From Azolla caroliniana (taxonomy: Eukaryota; Plantae; Polypodiophyta), in assembly GCA_043228905.1 (NCBI GenBank), contig JBHGNT010000013.1, forward strand, positions 7,750,001 through 7,814,000: 64,000 bases of DNA. Direction: 5' to 3'. A model generated the notes under the pieces. That model was not told the DNA's origin. It did not search any database and saw only the letters and a list, made by a program, of their open reading frames with translations. The stretch's first letter is position 1. Each line of letters starts with the position of its first letter. Of this stretch, positions 23,656 through 36,790 are shown piece after piece. Position numbers and translations under genes: made by a program.

Positions 23656-24070
23656 TGGCACATGTCAGAGGATGTGTAGGTCTAGAGGGGGTGGATCTTG
23701 TGAAGTACGAAAACTTCACATTAAAAGTCTACAATAAGATAAATACGTAATGAAAATAAAATAAACCTTTATAATGTTAATAACATACTATGATAATATT
23801 ATACATTATATGTAGAGACAAAAATATATATACCTATTATATTACATGGACAAGAGAGGACTTGAACTAATAAACCCTACCTTATGACACTCAAAGGTTA
23901 CCATTTAGCCTATACTAATAATTTACAAAATAATATATGATTTGAAGTATTTTATAGTCTAAACCATGTAATATAATACATGCACAAAATTACATGGGCA
24001 AAAGAGGACTTGACCCAACATCCTCAACCTTATGGCGTTCAAACCTTACCATTTAGCCTATACTTATAAT

Positions 24071-25026
24071 CATAGAATGAACCATGTTCATACGTGTATT
24101 CGCATTCGAGAATGATTCAATCAAACGTGTATGGTAAATCATCTCAAAGTTGGATTGGATTGAATATGGTCTATATTATATATTGATTCACTCTCAATCC
24201 CAATAAGTTGACTCTAATCCATTGTGAACCACCAAAATAAGTATGGTTGCAATATTTGCATTGTATCACATGCATACTTTTGGGATGCTTCTTAAGAATC
24301 AAGACATCTCTATCATCCTCAATTTAGAACTTCACAAAAAAAGGAGTATGAACTATAGAGATTGAATCAAAATATGTCATTATAAATTATAATCAAATGC
24401 TCAAAAACTCATAATACATACATTCGAGAATATGAAGAAAATATGACATAGGCAATAGTAACATAACAACTTATCACTAGGGTGAGCTAATTTCTAATAA
24501 TAACAAAGAAAGAAAGAAAAAGAAGAAAAAAGAAATGATCAAAAACTCATAAAACGTATATTCGAGAATATGAAGAAAACATGACATAGGTAGTAGTAGA
24601 ATAAAAATTTGCCATTAGGGTGAGCTAATTTCTAATAACAAACAAAGAAAAAAAAGGTAACATGACAATAACAAGAGGATATGAGAAAGTTGGGAATTTA
24701 ACTCAAAACACAAGCAATAGTAGCATGGCAACTTACCACTAGGTTAAGCTCATTTCTAATAACAAAAAAATTTAAAAAAATGAAAAACTAATATAAAATT
24801 TTGCTATGCTACAAACAAGAGGGAAATGAGAAAATTGGGAATTGAAGCCAAGACATACACAACAATAACATGTCTTGTTACCACTAGGATGACTTGAATT
24901 TGTGATAAAAACATGAAAAAAATGAAAAGAAAAAGGAGCACATATTTTTCCCTTTTCCAACGTGTTCGTTTTCAAACGTTTTCAATCGTTTGAATGCTTG
25001 CACGAACACAAATATTAGGTTCTATG
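24071..25026. mobile_element. Non-autonomous hAT-like element (MITE), copy 1, inserted in the gypsy 3' LTR
   Basis: Absent from the 5' LTR. Ends CATAGAA..TTCTATG; 8-bp TSD CTTATAAT/CCTATAAT (one mismatch); internal repeats of the type AACTTACCACTAGGGTGAGCTAATTTCTAATAA. Confidence 0.8.
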
Positions 25027-25586
25027 CCTATAATGTATATAAATATGTGTCTTGTTTTCATTTGAAGTAGTATTATATGGTTTAGTATTATATATAGTCT
25101 TCACACATGCAAGAGCCTCTCTGCATGTGCGCCACATGGCCCACATGTAGAACCATCTCTTCCCTATAAAAGGAGAAGGAAGTATAGACAAAAGAACCCA
25201 AGAAATAAGATTGAGAGGATTATATTGGATCTAGAGAAAGATATATTATAATAGAGAAAGATATATTATAATAGAGAAAGATTGATAGAAAAGTATCTCT
25301 TCAAGAGAAGTGAAGAACTAGCTTGGTGGTTGTGGTCCTCAACTTGCAACGGAAGGGCGGTGGTTCGAGTCTTATACTTGTCAAGAGATTGAAGGGAAGA
25401 CTATGGTCTACTACTAAGAAAGAGGAAGCTAGGTACCTTGCGAGACAAGAATTGAAGGTTCAATGACGCTTGCAACCATTTTGTAACTCTTTCATGAAAA
25501 TGATTATAAATTTCATATATTTTCTCAAATATTATTTTATATCTTATCTTGTCATATCATATATTCCTTAAATATCCTATCTTGTC

Positions 25587-26575
25587 CATAGAATGTAATA
25601 TTCGTGTTTGTGCAAGCATTCCAACGTTTGGAAACAAACACATGTGAAATGGGAAAAATACGTGCTCCTTTTATTTTTCTTTTTTTTCATTTATTATCAT
25701 AACAATTTAGCTCACGTTAGTGGTAAGGATCCATTCTATTGATGCCTATGTCTTGGGTTCCATTCCCAATTTTCTCATCTTTGTCTCTCTCTCTCATTAG
25801 TACCATGTCATAGCAAAATTTTATGTTTATGTTATAATAGTTTTTTTCTTTTATTTTTTTATTAGTACAACTAAGCACAACCTAGTGGTAAGTTGTTGTG
25901 TTACTATTACTTGTGTCTTGGGTTCAATTCCTAACTTACTTATATCCTCTTGTTAGTGTCATGGCAAAATTTTATGTTAGTGTCATGTTCCTTATTTTTA
26001 TTTTTCTTTCTTTCATTGTTATTAGAAATTAGCTCACCCGAGTGGTAAGTTGTTATGCTACTACTCCCTATGTCATGGTAAAATTTTATGTTAGTGTCAT
26101 GTTCCTTTTTCTTTCTTTCTTTCTTTCTTTGTTATTATAAATTAGGTTGCCTTAGTGGTAAGTTGTTATGCTACTACTGCCTATGTCATGTTTTCTTCAT
26201 ATTCTTGAATATACGTTTTATGAGTTTTTGAACGTTTTATTATAATTTATAATGACATATTTTGATTCAATCTCTATAGTTCATACTTATTTTTTTGTAA
26301 AGTTCTAAAGTGAGGATGACAGAGATGTCTTGATTCGCATCCCAAAAGTATGCATGTGATACAATGCAAATATTGTAACCATACTTATGTTGGTGGTTCA
26401 CAATGGATTAGAGTCCACTTATTAGGATTGAGAGTGAATCAATATATAATATAGACCCTAGTCAATCCAATCCAACTTGTTAATCCAATTCAACTTTGAG
26501 ATGATTTACCATACACATATGATTGAATCATTCTCAAATGCGAATGCACATATGATACGTATGGTTTATTCTATG
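25587..26575. mobile_element. Same hAT-like MITE family, copy 2, in opposite orientation in the same LTR
   Basis: Ends CATAGAA..TTCTATG; perfect 8-bp TSD ATCTTGTC (25579-25586 and 26576-26583); reverse-complement homolog of 24071-25026. Confidence 0.85.
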
Positions 26576-26719
26576 ATCTTGTCATATCTTATTGATCTCT
26601 ATTCATTCCATCTCTACTCTTTCGTTTCTTCCATCCATAATCCTAGTGATTCCTTCCTCACTTTCACGTTATATTTTGTCTGTGCAATGCTACGCTTCTA
26701 GGCGAGCCACTTCACGACA

Positions 26720-27530
26720 CCGTTGGTGAAACGACGCACCCGAATTGACCACCCATACTGATTCATCGCCGACAAGGTTTGCTTCATTTTTCTCACTAAT
26801 GAGCGTCGAGGTGTTCTTGCTTTCCGAAATCCTTTTCGGCTGCACACCTTCGGCTCCCCCTTTTTCCTTTCAGAAATATCGGTAGTTTTTCTGGAAGTGC
26901 CCCGGCTTCTCGCAATAGAAGCACGTGGGCCTCCCTCTCGACTTCGACCTGGCCCCCGAATTATCTTGGTTCTGCGGACTTCAATTTTGGCCTCTTCCCC
27001 GAATCGTGTCACCTTCTGTGACTAAGGCATTTTGGTCGGAATTGGACTCTCGGTCCTTCCGGCGAGCTTCTTCATTCAGCAAGCTCGACTTCACCTGTTC
27101 AAGGGATAAGTGTTACCCTTCCGGTCCCGCGTTGCCCAATGTGACAACCAGGGTTTCCAACTGTCCGGAAGGGATCCGAGCAACAATAGTGCTAATACCT
27201 CATCCACGAGAGGTACTTCTAGAGAGGTGGTTTGTTTCATCCATCCTTGGAAGGCATTGATGTGCTCCGCCATACTGGAGCCATCCTGATACCGGAGCCT
27301 CACGATTTTTCTAAACATTAAGACTCGGTTCACGACGTTCTACGCTGATCTTCTTTCATAGGACATCTACTTCTATTTCTTCCCCGAGGTTGTTGTATAG
27401 ATTCATGTATATAAAACACCTTATATATGCGGCTGCCTTCAAATGTAGCACTTCCCAAGTCACTGCATCGATCTTGTCTGATCTTTTATCTCTGAACTAC
27501 ACTGATAGCCAGAGATCTTTGCACTACGCA
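26720..27530 (-). mobile_element. Copia gag-to-protease fragment (5' continuation of 17278-18186)
   Basis: NRVLMFRKIVRLRYQDGSSMAEHINAFQG..LLLLGSLPDSW and WVVNSGASFH next to the CCGT TSD. Same family as the gag at 43680. Confidence 0.8.
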
Positions 27531-28980
27531 GATTTGTCAAAGGCAACATCATGGCTCACTTTTGCATTTGCTTCATCCAAGGATTGTCGCACTTGTACTC
27601 CTTTAGCTCATGCGAGTAGCTCACCAAGATACACTTCTCGGCCTTGGCATCAAACTTCTTCCATCTCGCATCTAGCACGTGCACATATGCGATACTACTG
27701 AATACCTTGAGGTGCGCGAAATTCGGTTCTCGCCCGAAATATAGCTCATGTGGCGACATCTTTGCTTCCGAGGCAAAAATCCAATCTTGTATGTAAGCGA
27801 CCGTTCAGATTGCTTTGGCCCAATAGATCCTGGGCATGCTCTTCTCCACCAGCATTGTCCTAGCCACTTCTAGCATTGTCTAATTCTGTCTCTCGGCCAC
27901 GTCGTTCTGCTCCGACGTGTATCTCCAAGAGAAATCCCTCTGTATTCCCTTTTTCTGCAAATAATTGGTGAATTGGCCGAAACAGTATTCTTTTCCACCA
28001 TCCGGTCACAAACACTCGATCTTCCTCTTTGTTTCCCTCTCGACTAGACTCTTCAAGTCCCGAAAATAGGAGAAGACTTTATTTTTCTTCTCGATGAGGT
28101 ACACCCAAGTGTGCTGGTTGAAGTCATCAATGAAGGAGATGAAATATCGACTTCCACCCATGCTCACACAACTTGCCGGTCCCCATACATCCATGTGGAT
28201 TAGATCGAGCCGATTTCGGCTCCAATTCTTCTCATTGAGGAATGGAAGCCAATGTTGTTTCACGAGCTAGAAAGCTTCACATACTTGGCCTTTCCGGCCA
28301 CTGAATTTCGGCAGTCCGGAAACTACTCGTTCCGACTGCAAATCTTGAAGCTTTCGAAAATTGATGTGGTGGATCTGCTTGTGCAACAGGTTGATGTCAA
28401 ATTTGACCTTCTGTCATTTTGCAATCATGGCGGCACCAACATCATTGGTCTCTAGCATAAACATGCTCCCGTCTCTGTGCCCACACGCGATCAGCCGACC
28501 CTCATCTTCGATGAAGCAGCCATGGTGATTAAATCGGACCTGCATGCCCTGATCAACAATCTGTCTGACAGATACCAAGTTCTTCGCAATTGTTGGGATA
28601 TGCAACATGTTCCGCATCAAGCCTTTTTGTCCGACATGGTTGAGCGGTACATCACCCGCGTGTTTGATGGGGTGCACGGTGTTGTCGCCGGTCTCCACAA
28701 CTCCCGGTTATTCCGCTTTTTCCAAGCTTGAGAACCATTCTTCATGGTTCGTCATATGATTTGATGCTCCAAAATCAACATACTAGACCTCCTCCGGCTT
28801 CGTGGTACGTACTCCCATCTGGTTTTCCTGGTGATTCATCGCAAGTGTGGGGCCCGTTTCGGCTCACCCTGAGCCTTTGGTGAGGTGCAATCAATGAAGC
28901 CTATCTGCATCACCTCGGTTCGATCCGACTCTATCCAAATCGGAGCGCTTCTTCTAGCACTCGCTCTCTCTATGGCCCTT
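27530..28980 (-). mobile_element. Copia protease-integrase fragment, same family as 47718-53604
   Basis: ETGDNTVHPIKHAGDVPL..NLVSVRQIVDQG; LDLIHMDVWGP..YFISFIDD; SPHELYFGREPN. Boundaries approximate. Confidence 0.8.
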
Positions 28981-29226
28981 CCTATTGCTCCCTCTTGGAG
29001 AACACATTTAATTACTCCTCCTGAGTAATCAGGTCAAGGAATCGTGGTGCGTAAGAAGAGACTAGGGACCCAAGTAGGGGTCAAATCGTGACACCCTTTA
29101 ATGGACACTCCGAGAACAACTACTACCTATTCGTACTCACGTTCAACAGACCGAACTGCAATAAGTAACGATAGATTTAGAATGAGATAGACATAGAGAT
29201 TGACCCACAAGTCTATATATTGACCC

Positions 29227-32200
29227 ACATGAGTTATGAGGATAAAGACAAAACATGAGTTACCAAAGACAATAAGGAAAAAGACAAAACAACAGTTACA
29301 AAGAAGTAACGGCTAGTTGTTACTTCTTTGTATATATATATGGATGAAAGTATTGTTTAGATATGTGTGTGGTACTACATCTAGAGTTTTCTATAGGTTC
29401 TTACATTGCAATACACCTGTTTTAATATAAGATCTTACCTTGTTCTTCATTCTAGAAAACTCTCTCTTGTTCTCTGTTGTCAATCCAGTCCATTATCTTC
29501 TGAACTTTTCTTACATGGTATCAGAGCTAGGTTGCACAATATGAATCTCATACTCCCCTATAACCAACAAAACTCACCACAGATTTCCTGAAATAAACAA
29601 ATCTAAAAACTATCACTATGGCAAGCTCAAGCAGAAAATATACCTTGGACAAATTAACGGAGAAAAACTACAAAATCTGGAAGACTCGAATGGAGTTGCT
29701 ACTTGATGTTGAGGAGCTCCTCGACATCACAACTGGCGCTAGTCCAGAACCTGCAAAACGAGAGTCAGACGAATGGCATGAGTGGCAAAAGCTGGATAAA
29801 AGAGCTAGACTAGAGATAATGTTAAATGTAGATGAAAAGCAGTAAGAAATTATTCGAAAACTCACATCTGCAGCTGCAATGTGGGCAAAACTGAAGGAAC
29901 TATACGAACCTCAAGATGGTACAACTAAACTCCACACCTTAGCTACCCTGTTTAATATGTGTGTTTTAAAGGAAGAAGAAGATGTTCCTACCTTCTTATC
30001 AACTTGGGAGGCAGCCATGGATGATGCAACTACCGTCAGCAACTGCATCTCAAAAGACATCAAGATTGGATTAGTGTTAAGCAAACTCCCCGAATCTTGG
30101 GGAACATTCATCACTATGCATAGTAGCACGACAACATTGTTTGAGCTACTTACTAAGATCCGTCATGAAGACATTCGACGACAAAAGAAGAATAATGCTC
30201 AACCGATTGCAATGGCAGTCTCCATCAATCGATTCCAAAGGGGTCATCCAACAAACCAACAAAGATACTGACCTGAAAAAGTAAGAAATAATGAATCTAA
30301 TAATAACAAAACATACATCAAGAGTGAAGCACAAAAATACTATGGGAACAACTCACGACAAAATGGAAGCTTTAGAATCATCTGTAGATATTGCAAGAAG
30401 GAAGGACATACTGATCGAGTATGTCGCCTCAAGCAAGCAGAGAAGAACTCCAACCGACCCCAGGCACATACTGTGGTTATCCAACAAGAAGATGATAGAA
30501 ATCCAGCATATTCTTTTGAAGAAGCACCTGAACAAAATGGAGAACCTGATGAAGAAGAGTATATTCAAGCATATAATGCAAACACATTTGAAGAAAATGA
30601 AGATGATAGCACCTGGTTCTTGGATACCGGAGCTACTCACCATCTAACATATCAAAAAGACTGGTTGGACAACTATCAAGAGCTCCCAATACCATTGAAG
30701 GTCACCTTCGGAGACAAAGGTCAAAAAGTGGCGGTTGGGAAAGGTAATATCAAATTAAGACTCATTAGTAATCATGTTGTACAAATTTCAGATATATACT
30801 TTGTACCTAGAATCGCAAAACATCTATTATCTGTGGGACAAGCTACTGCAAAAGGAATGACAATCAAATTCAGCAAACAACAAGCTACCCTATACATCCA
30901 AGATGATCAACATGAGATAAAAATTGTATGTCCAAAACAAGGGCAACTATATCCTGTCAAGGCGAATCTTGGAGAAGCATTAGCTGCTGAAGTACATCAA
31001 GGAGGAGGAGACAATGCGTCTCCCACCTATCTATGGCATTGCCGGTTCAGTCATCTACATACACCAATACTCAAGTTCTGTCAAAATCAGAACCTAGTAA
31101 GAGGTTTACCTTCCACAATCTTTAAATCTATTGATATTTGTGAAGGATGCATGTATGGGAAAATGGCTCAAAAATCATTCCCGCTAAGTAACTCACTCTC
31201 CGGAGCAAGGTACTTTATAACATTTATTGATAACACTTTGCGATTTACAATGGTTAACTTTCTTAAACAAAAGGGAAATGCATTCAAAGCATTTTGTGCA
31301 TATAAGAGCTTTGTTGAAAATCAAACACAACTTAAAGTTAAAGTAATAAGAAGTGACAATGGTGGGGAATTTGTTTCACAAGAATGGGAAGCCTTTAACG
31401 AAAAAAAGGTATATTTCATCAAAAGTCAACTGTCTACACACCTCAACAAAATGGGATAGCCGAGAGAAAGAATCGCACCTTATTAAATGTTGCTAGGAGT
31501 ATGCTGAAGACGAGTGGAATGGCCTCAAGATTCTGGGAAGAAGCAGTCGCCACAACTTGTTACCAACAAAACAGAACCCCTCACCAAGGTATAGAAGGAC
31601 AAGTGCCATACACCATGTGGTATGGGTACCCACCTGAGATATCACATCTTCGAGTATTTGGAGCAACTGCATTTGCATATATACAACCTACCAAGAGGAC
31701 AAAACTTGAGGATCGATGCATCAAAGGAAAATTTATTGGATATGGGGAGCCATATGGAGTAAAAGCATACAAAATTTACCTTCTTGATACAGGTAAAATA
31801 ATATTTAGTCGTTCTGTGGAGTTTGATGAGAAAAGTCTTTTTTCTAGGTCATCATATGTAATGAAAGAAACCGAGAGTGAACACCTTACCAAGGAAATCA
31901 CAAAGTTAAGACTTCCTCAAGCAACATCAATGGAATTTAAAAATGATGGGACAAGCATCATCAATGTCGAACTACACAACAATCATGGTGCGCCAACAAC
32001 TAATGCAACAAAAAACAAAGGAGAGAAACTTAACCAATTACCTCATTCTCAGATCTTAACCACTCAAGATGAGGGGTTGGGAATCTCTGCTGCGAAGACC
32101 GCCACCAAGCCTATGATTACCAAATCAGCCACTCGAAGTCTCGAACCTGAGGATGTGCTAATGCACTACTACCAACAACCCAACAGCTCTCCTTCAACAT

Positions 32201-34657
32201 CCAAATGTCGAAATTGTGAATCTGAACATACAAGTTCAGGTCACCTACAACCTTACACCTTAGAGTATCCTCAAAATCTCAAAATTGGTAGTCAATTTTT
32301 CCGCCAATCTGATGCTCAAAGCCCCGAAGGTGAACAAGTGTATGACCGGAGCCTCGAAAGCAACAATCAATCCACTGCACAATATATTACTCGAAGCCTT
32401 GAACCTGAGCATACGAGTGGCGACCACATCCAACCCTGTGCATCCTCCATGACTGCAAGAAAACAAAGCTCCAGATCTGAGAATATGGATCTCGACCGCC
32501 TAAAAACCTGCAACCTCTCCAAAACAACCTTAAAAGACAAAGAAATTAGGGCTAAAAAGACTAAGGTAAGGTTACTTAGTGATATCTATGATGCAACTAA
32601 GGACGAGGTGCTTGAAAAGTCCACATGTCACTTCGCAACAGAGACGGAGTCCGACATATCCATCGTTGCAGCCATCATCGAAGGAGACAACTACGACACA
32701 TCTCCAATTCTCACCTTCAAGCAAGCATTAAAAAGTAAAGAAACAGACAATTGGGTTGCGGCAATTAAATCAGAATTCTCAACACTCCAAAAGAATCACA
32801 CATGGACATTAGTACTGCGGCCTTGTCACGCCAATGTCATCACTTGTGAGTGGCTTTTTACAAAGAAATATGATGCCCTAGGTACTCCCGTGAGGTTCAA
32901 AGCGAGATTAGTAGCTCGAGGATTCTCACAAATACTAGGTGTGGACTACCATGAAACTTTTTCACCCACTCTAAAGATCATTGCACTTCGATTGATTCTT
33001 GCCATTACGGCATATTTAAATCTTGAACTTCATCATGTTGATGTTGAAACAACGTTTTTACATGGTGATTTAGAAGAAGATATATATATGGAACAACCCC
33101 AAATGTTAGATAATAATATAGAACCTAAGTATGTATGTAAACTTAACAAACCTTTATATGGCCTAAAACAATCCCCTAGACAATGGTATGCCAAGTTTCA
33201 TAGGTTCCTCTTATCAATCAAATTTCAACAACTTCAATCGGAACCTAATATATATATAAGGAAAACAAGAACAGAATTCTTACTCTTGGGAGTCTATGTA
33301 GATGATTTACCTATTGCTGGGACATCGGAAGACTTGGTAATGGAATTTATTGCTGAGTTATGACAACAATTCCCTATCAAACATCTTGGGCCACTAGAAC
33401 ATTTTCTTGGGATTCATGTAAAAAGGAATCGAACTCTAGGTACACTCTCCCTATCACAAGAAAACTTTGTTGATAATATACTAACCAAGTTTGATATGTT
33501 TGAGTGTTCTCCAATCTCCACTCCCCTCATAGTACCATGCAAATTATCATCTGAAGATTCACCACATACAACTGAAGAAACTTACTTTATGAAGAATATC
33601 CCGTATCGCCAAGTGTTGGGGAGCATTCGATACCTCGTCAGCTGCACCCGACCCGACTTATCTTTTGCCACTGGATACCTATCAAGATTCATGGAGAATC
33701 CAGGAGTTAACGATTGGAAAGCACTTAAAAGAGTATTACAGTATCTAAAGTACACAAGGGATATGACACTTACTTACACATCATACTCTAAAGCCCAACA
33801 TTCAAATATCCAAGGCTGGCTATCAACACCACTACATGGTTGGACGGATGCAGATTGGGGGGGGGGACAAGGATACCTCTCGATCCACCTCTGGCTATGT
33901 ATTCCTATTTGCAGGTGATGCCATTTCATGGCGAACAAAGAAACAAGCTATTGTCGCCCTCTCTTCCACTGAAGCAGAATATATAGCAGCTACTCACTAC
34001 TAAGGAAGGATTATGGTTGAAGTCCATCATTGATGAACTTGCCATCCTCAAAATTTCTGAATTCAAGTTATGGTGTGACAACCAATCCGACATCAAAATC
34101 ACTAAGGACCCCAAGATCACAGAGCAGAACAAGCATATCCGTGCACGACATCACTTCATCTCAGAACTTCTTGAAGAATCTAACCTTTCGATTGGACATA
34201 CTTCAACACAAACTACGTAGGCTGATTTTCTTACCAAGCCAGTACCCAACGCAAAACATTCGAGTTGCTGCCACCATATTGGATTAAGTATTCATCCAAA
34301 TAGATGAGTTGGTGGTGTCACAGCTACGGGGGGGTGTTAAGATTACCTGTTTACACCACCAATGATAAGACATGAGTTATGAAGATAAAGACAAAACATG
34401 AGTTACAAAAGACAATAAGGAAAAAGACAAAACAACAGTTACAAAGAAGTAACGGCTAGTTGTTACTTCTTTGTATATATATATGGATGAAAGTATTGTT
34501 TAGATATGTGTGTGGTACTACATCTAGAGTTTTCTGTAGGTTCTTACATTGCAATACACCTGTTTTAATATAAGATCTTACCTTGTTCTTGTTCTGGAAA
34601 ACTCTCTCTTGTTATCTGTTGTCAATCCAGCCCATTATCTTCTGAACTTTTCTTACA
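29227..34657 (+). mobile_element. Near full-length degraded Ty1/copia element
   Basis: 5' LTR 29227-29515 lacks the first ~35 bp seen in the 3' LTR. Met PBS at 29516-29527; G-rich PPT; 3' LTR 34335-34657 (TGTTAAG..CTTACA). Confidence 0.9.
29618..34305 (+). pseudogene. Copia gag-pol with stops, frameshifts and a deletion at the start of the integrase core
   Basis: KLTEKNYKIWK gag; WFLDTGATHH protease; FPLS|NSLSGARYFITFID lacks the LVHSD segment; SDNGGEF; YGLKQSPRQW; YVDDL; WTDADW. Confidence 0.9.
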
Positions 34658-34659
34658 TG

Positions 34660-36790
34660 GTCTGCATCTCGTCAAGGGACTAAGACAATGTATATTTTTC
34701 GTGCTCCAATTCCCGCAACATTTGATGCTGCCTACCGAAGTGTTGCTGCAGTTCAATGTGCTCATTTTGGATAATCAGGAGTTGGTCATTTGTTATAGCG
34801 GAAGCCTATTGATACCCTTCATTTATTTCGTGGATCTTGGCCCACGATATCTCGTTGGCGGACTGAAGAGCAAGCATCCCCTGTGCTTCCATATCATGGA
34901 GCTTAGCAACGGCTTTGTCTTTAGTGGCCTGAAGGGCGGTTGCGACCTTTTCTTCCATTGCTTGGAGGGCTTGTCTGTAGTCGGCCGTTTGTGTGTTGAG
35001 CAGTGCTGGAGTTCGACCTCTCGGTTTTTTGCCTACACGCGGAGGCGGGCCACTTTATCTTTGGTCTCTTGATATCTTTCTTTAGCCTTCTTGGCAATCG
35101 CAATTTGGGTTGCCAGTTCTTCCTCCAATTTCGGTGTCGGGGCCGCTATCGTGTTGGGAGGCAGGAGGGTGTTGTGTTCGGTGGCGGTGGCCAATTCGGG
35201 AGTTTCCTCGGTCTGTGTGGATGCATCCACCAGGCTAGTGGTGGGAGGTGGGAGGTGGGAGGGCCTGAGGGTCATTTTTCCCTTCGTTTCCAATTTCTTG
35301 GAGCCTCCGTTTGAGCTCGGTTGTTCGGTTTTTGGAAGCTTGCCACAGCTCCGTCGCCGCCTTAACTTGTCTATGTGCCTCTTTGCTACATTGAGCCATA
35401 TCATTGGCCGTGCGGGTCATTTTGTCCAAGTCCCAGAAGGCTTCTACCAGAGTCATGTTTAGCTCGGGTAGCTCGATGAGGAGGCAGTGGCTTTTGGTTT
35501 GCCGTTTCCGGCCGATTTTCTGCAGTGTCGGCTTTTCGTCTGACTCGAGTTCTCCTACGAGAGCTTGCTGGACCATCTGTTTGTCTGCATGATCCTCATC
35601 CATGCATGTTGCGGCGGCTACTTGGAGACGAGCAAGTAAATCAATTAGATCGTATGAAGTGTCGTGCCACAAAATTGCACCTAGCTGATAAGCTTCGGCT
35701 GGTAGGTCCGTAAAGGTCAATACTTCTTCTTCTGAGATTCGAGAGGATTTGCCCTTTTCTAGATTGCCGCCCAAGGACACCGCCATGTTGGGGATGACGA
35801 CTATGGTCTTTTCGGGGACAACAACCAGTTGTAGATTATCTATCGAGGAGTCCCCCTTGGTCTATTCCTCGCTTTGTTTTTGAAGGTGGCAATGCTTCCT
35901 GGCAGGGCTCCGTTGTGGGGACACCTTCTATGCGTCTGTCGAATCCTCTCGTAGTCGTTTAGACTGATCACGTGAGGATGGCTGCTTGTTTTCGAAAGAG
36001 GGTTTTCGGGTCTCCTCCCACAGTTCTCGTCGAGGGCTGTGTGCTGTTAGTTTGGGCTTCTCCATCGGAGATGATGTTTTGGGCTTTTCGCGCCTGCAGA
36101 CGGTGATATCATCATCTGGTTCTTGTGCCTTGGTGGTTTGGGTCGGCTGTGGTGCTATCAAAGTCTGTTTAGAAACAGTGTCCTAGACCATTCCTCCTTG
36201 GAAAACTGCAAATCCCATTGGCGCTTTGTCTGAGGGCGCAGGGTGGGGAGGGCGAGGTTTCGTCGGGCAGCGGTTGCGGAATGGGGAGGGTAAAGCACAA
36301 ATAGATAATGTGATATGGCAGGTACAAACCTCTTCCCTTCCTGAAAAGCCGAAAGACTAGTGCGGACCCCTTCCCTAGTGATGATCCCCCAGTCGATTAC
36401 ACCTCCCTTGTAGGCAGTGATTACACCTCCCTTGTAGCCACCTCCCTTCTTTTTTGGCATGCTATAGGCATTGGCGTGCACGTAGGCGAACTCCAGAAGA
36501 AAACGGGCCAAGTTGTCAAAAAACGCGTTGGGCCCTCACGTGCAATAGGCTTTTGCGAACACCGAGTATTCCCTGAAATGGGCCTCAAGGACGTGTTGAG
36601 GCGGGGCCTCAATTTCATGATCACCGTCACATCTCAAACCCGATCTAGTCGTTCGTGATGGTGTCTGAATGCACACGCCGTCCGATTTCCTGTGCTTCAG
36701 GGATGAGGAGGTGCATCTATGACTTTTAGGTACCCTCCCAGGCCCTGCCTACTCAACCTGGTGCGGAGCTCCATGGAAACTTCGAGCGGC
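34660..36790 (-). pseudogene. Degraded GC-richer ORF of unknown function (probably a retrotransposon accessory ORF) with a coiled-coil C-terminal part
   Basis: Chain of minus-strand ORFs (tail of 36697-37029, then 36158-36511, 35928-36161, 35235-35786 and the 35033-35404 region) with protein-like composition. Tandem YKGGVI duplication at about 36397-36440. No recognisable catalytic motif. Confidence 0.4.

Larger units (their letters stand above)
18187..26719 (+). mobile_element. Non-chromoviral Ty3/gypsy element with RT deleted, a tRNA-Trp-type PBS and a 4-bp TSD
   Basis: 5' LTR 18187-19246 (TGTCA..ACGACA). PBS TGGTGAACTCGACGTG at about 19252-19267. PPT AGAGGGGGTGGA precedes the 3' LTR (23696-26719), which two MITEs have expanded. 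TSD CCGT at 18183-18186 and 26720-26723. Confidence 0.88.

Noticed and set aside
24071-26575. Helitron or one large foldback element
   Set aside because: Each arm has its own short TIRs and 8-bp TSD, and the DNA between them is ordinary LTR sequence.
29516-29527. tRNA-like sequence TGGTATCAGAGC (several places)
   Set aside because: These are primer-binding sites, not tRNA genes. No tRNA or rRNA gene was recognised in the window.
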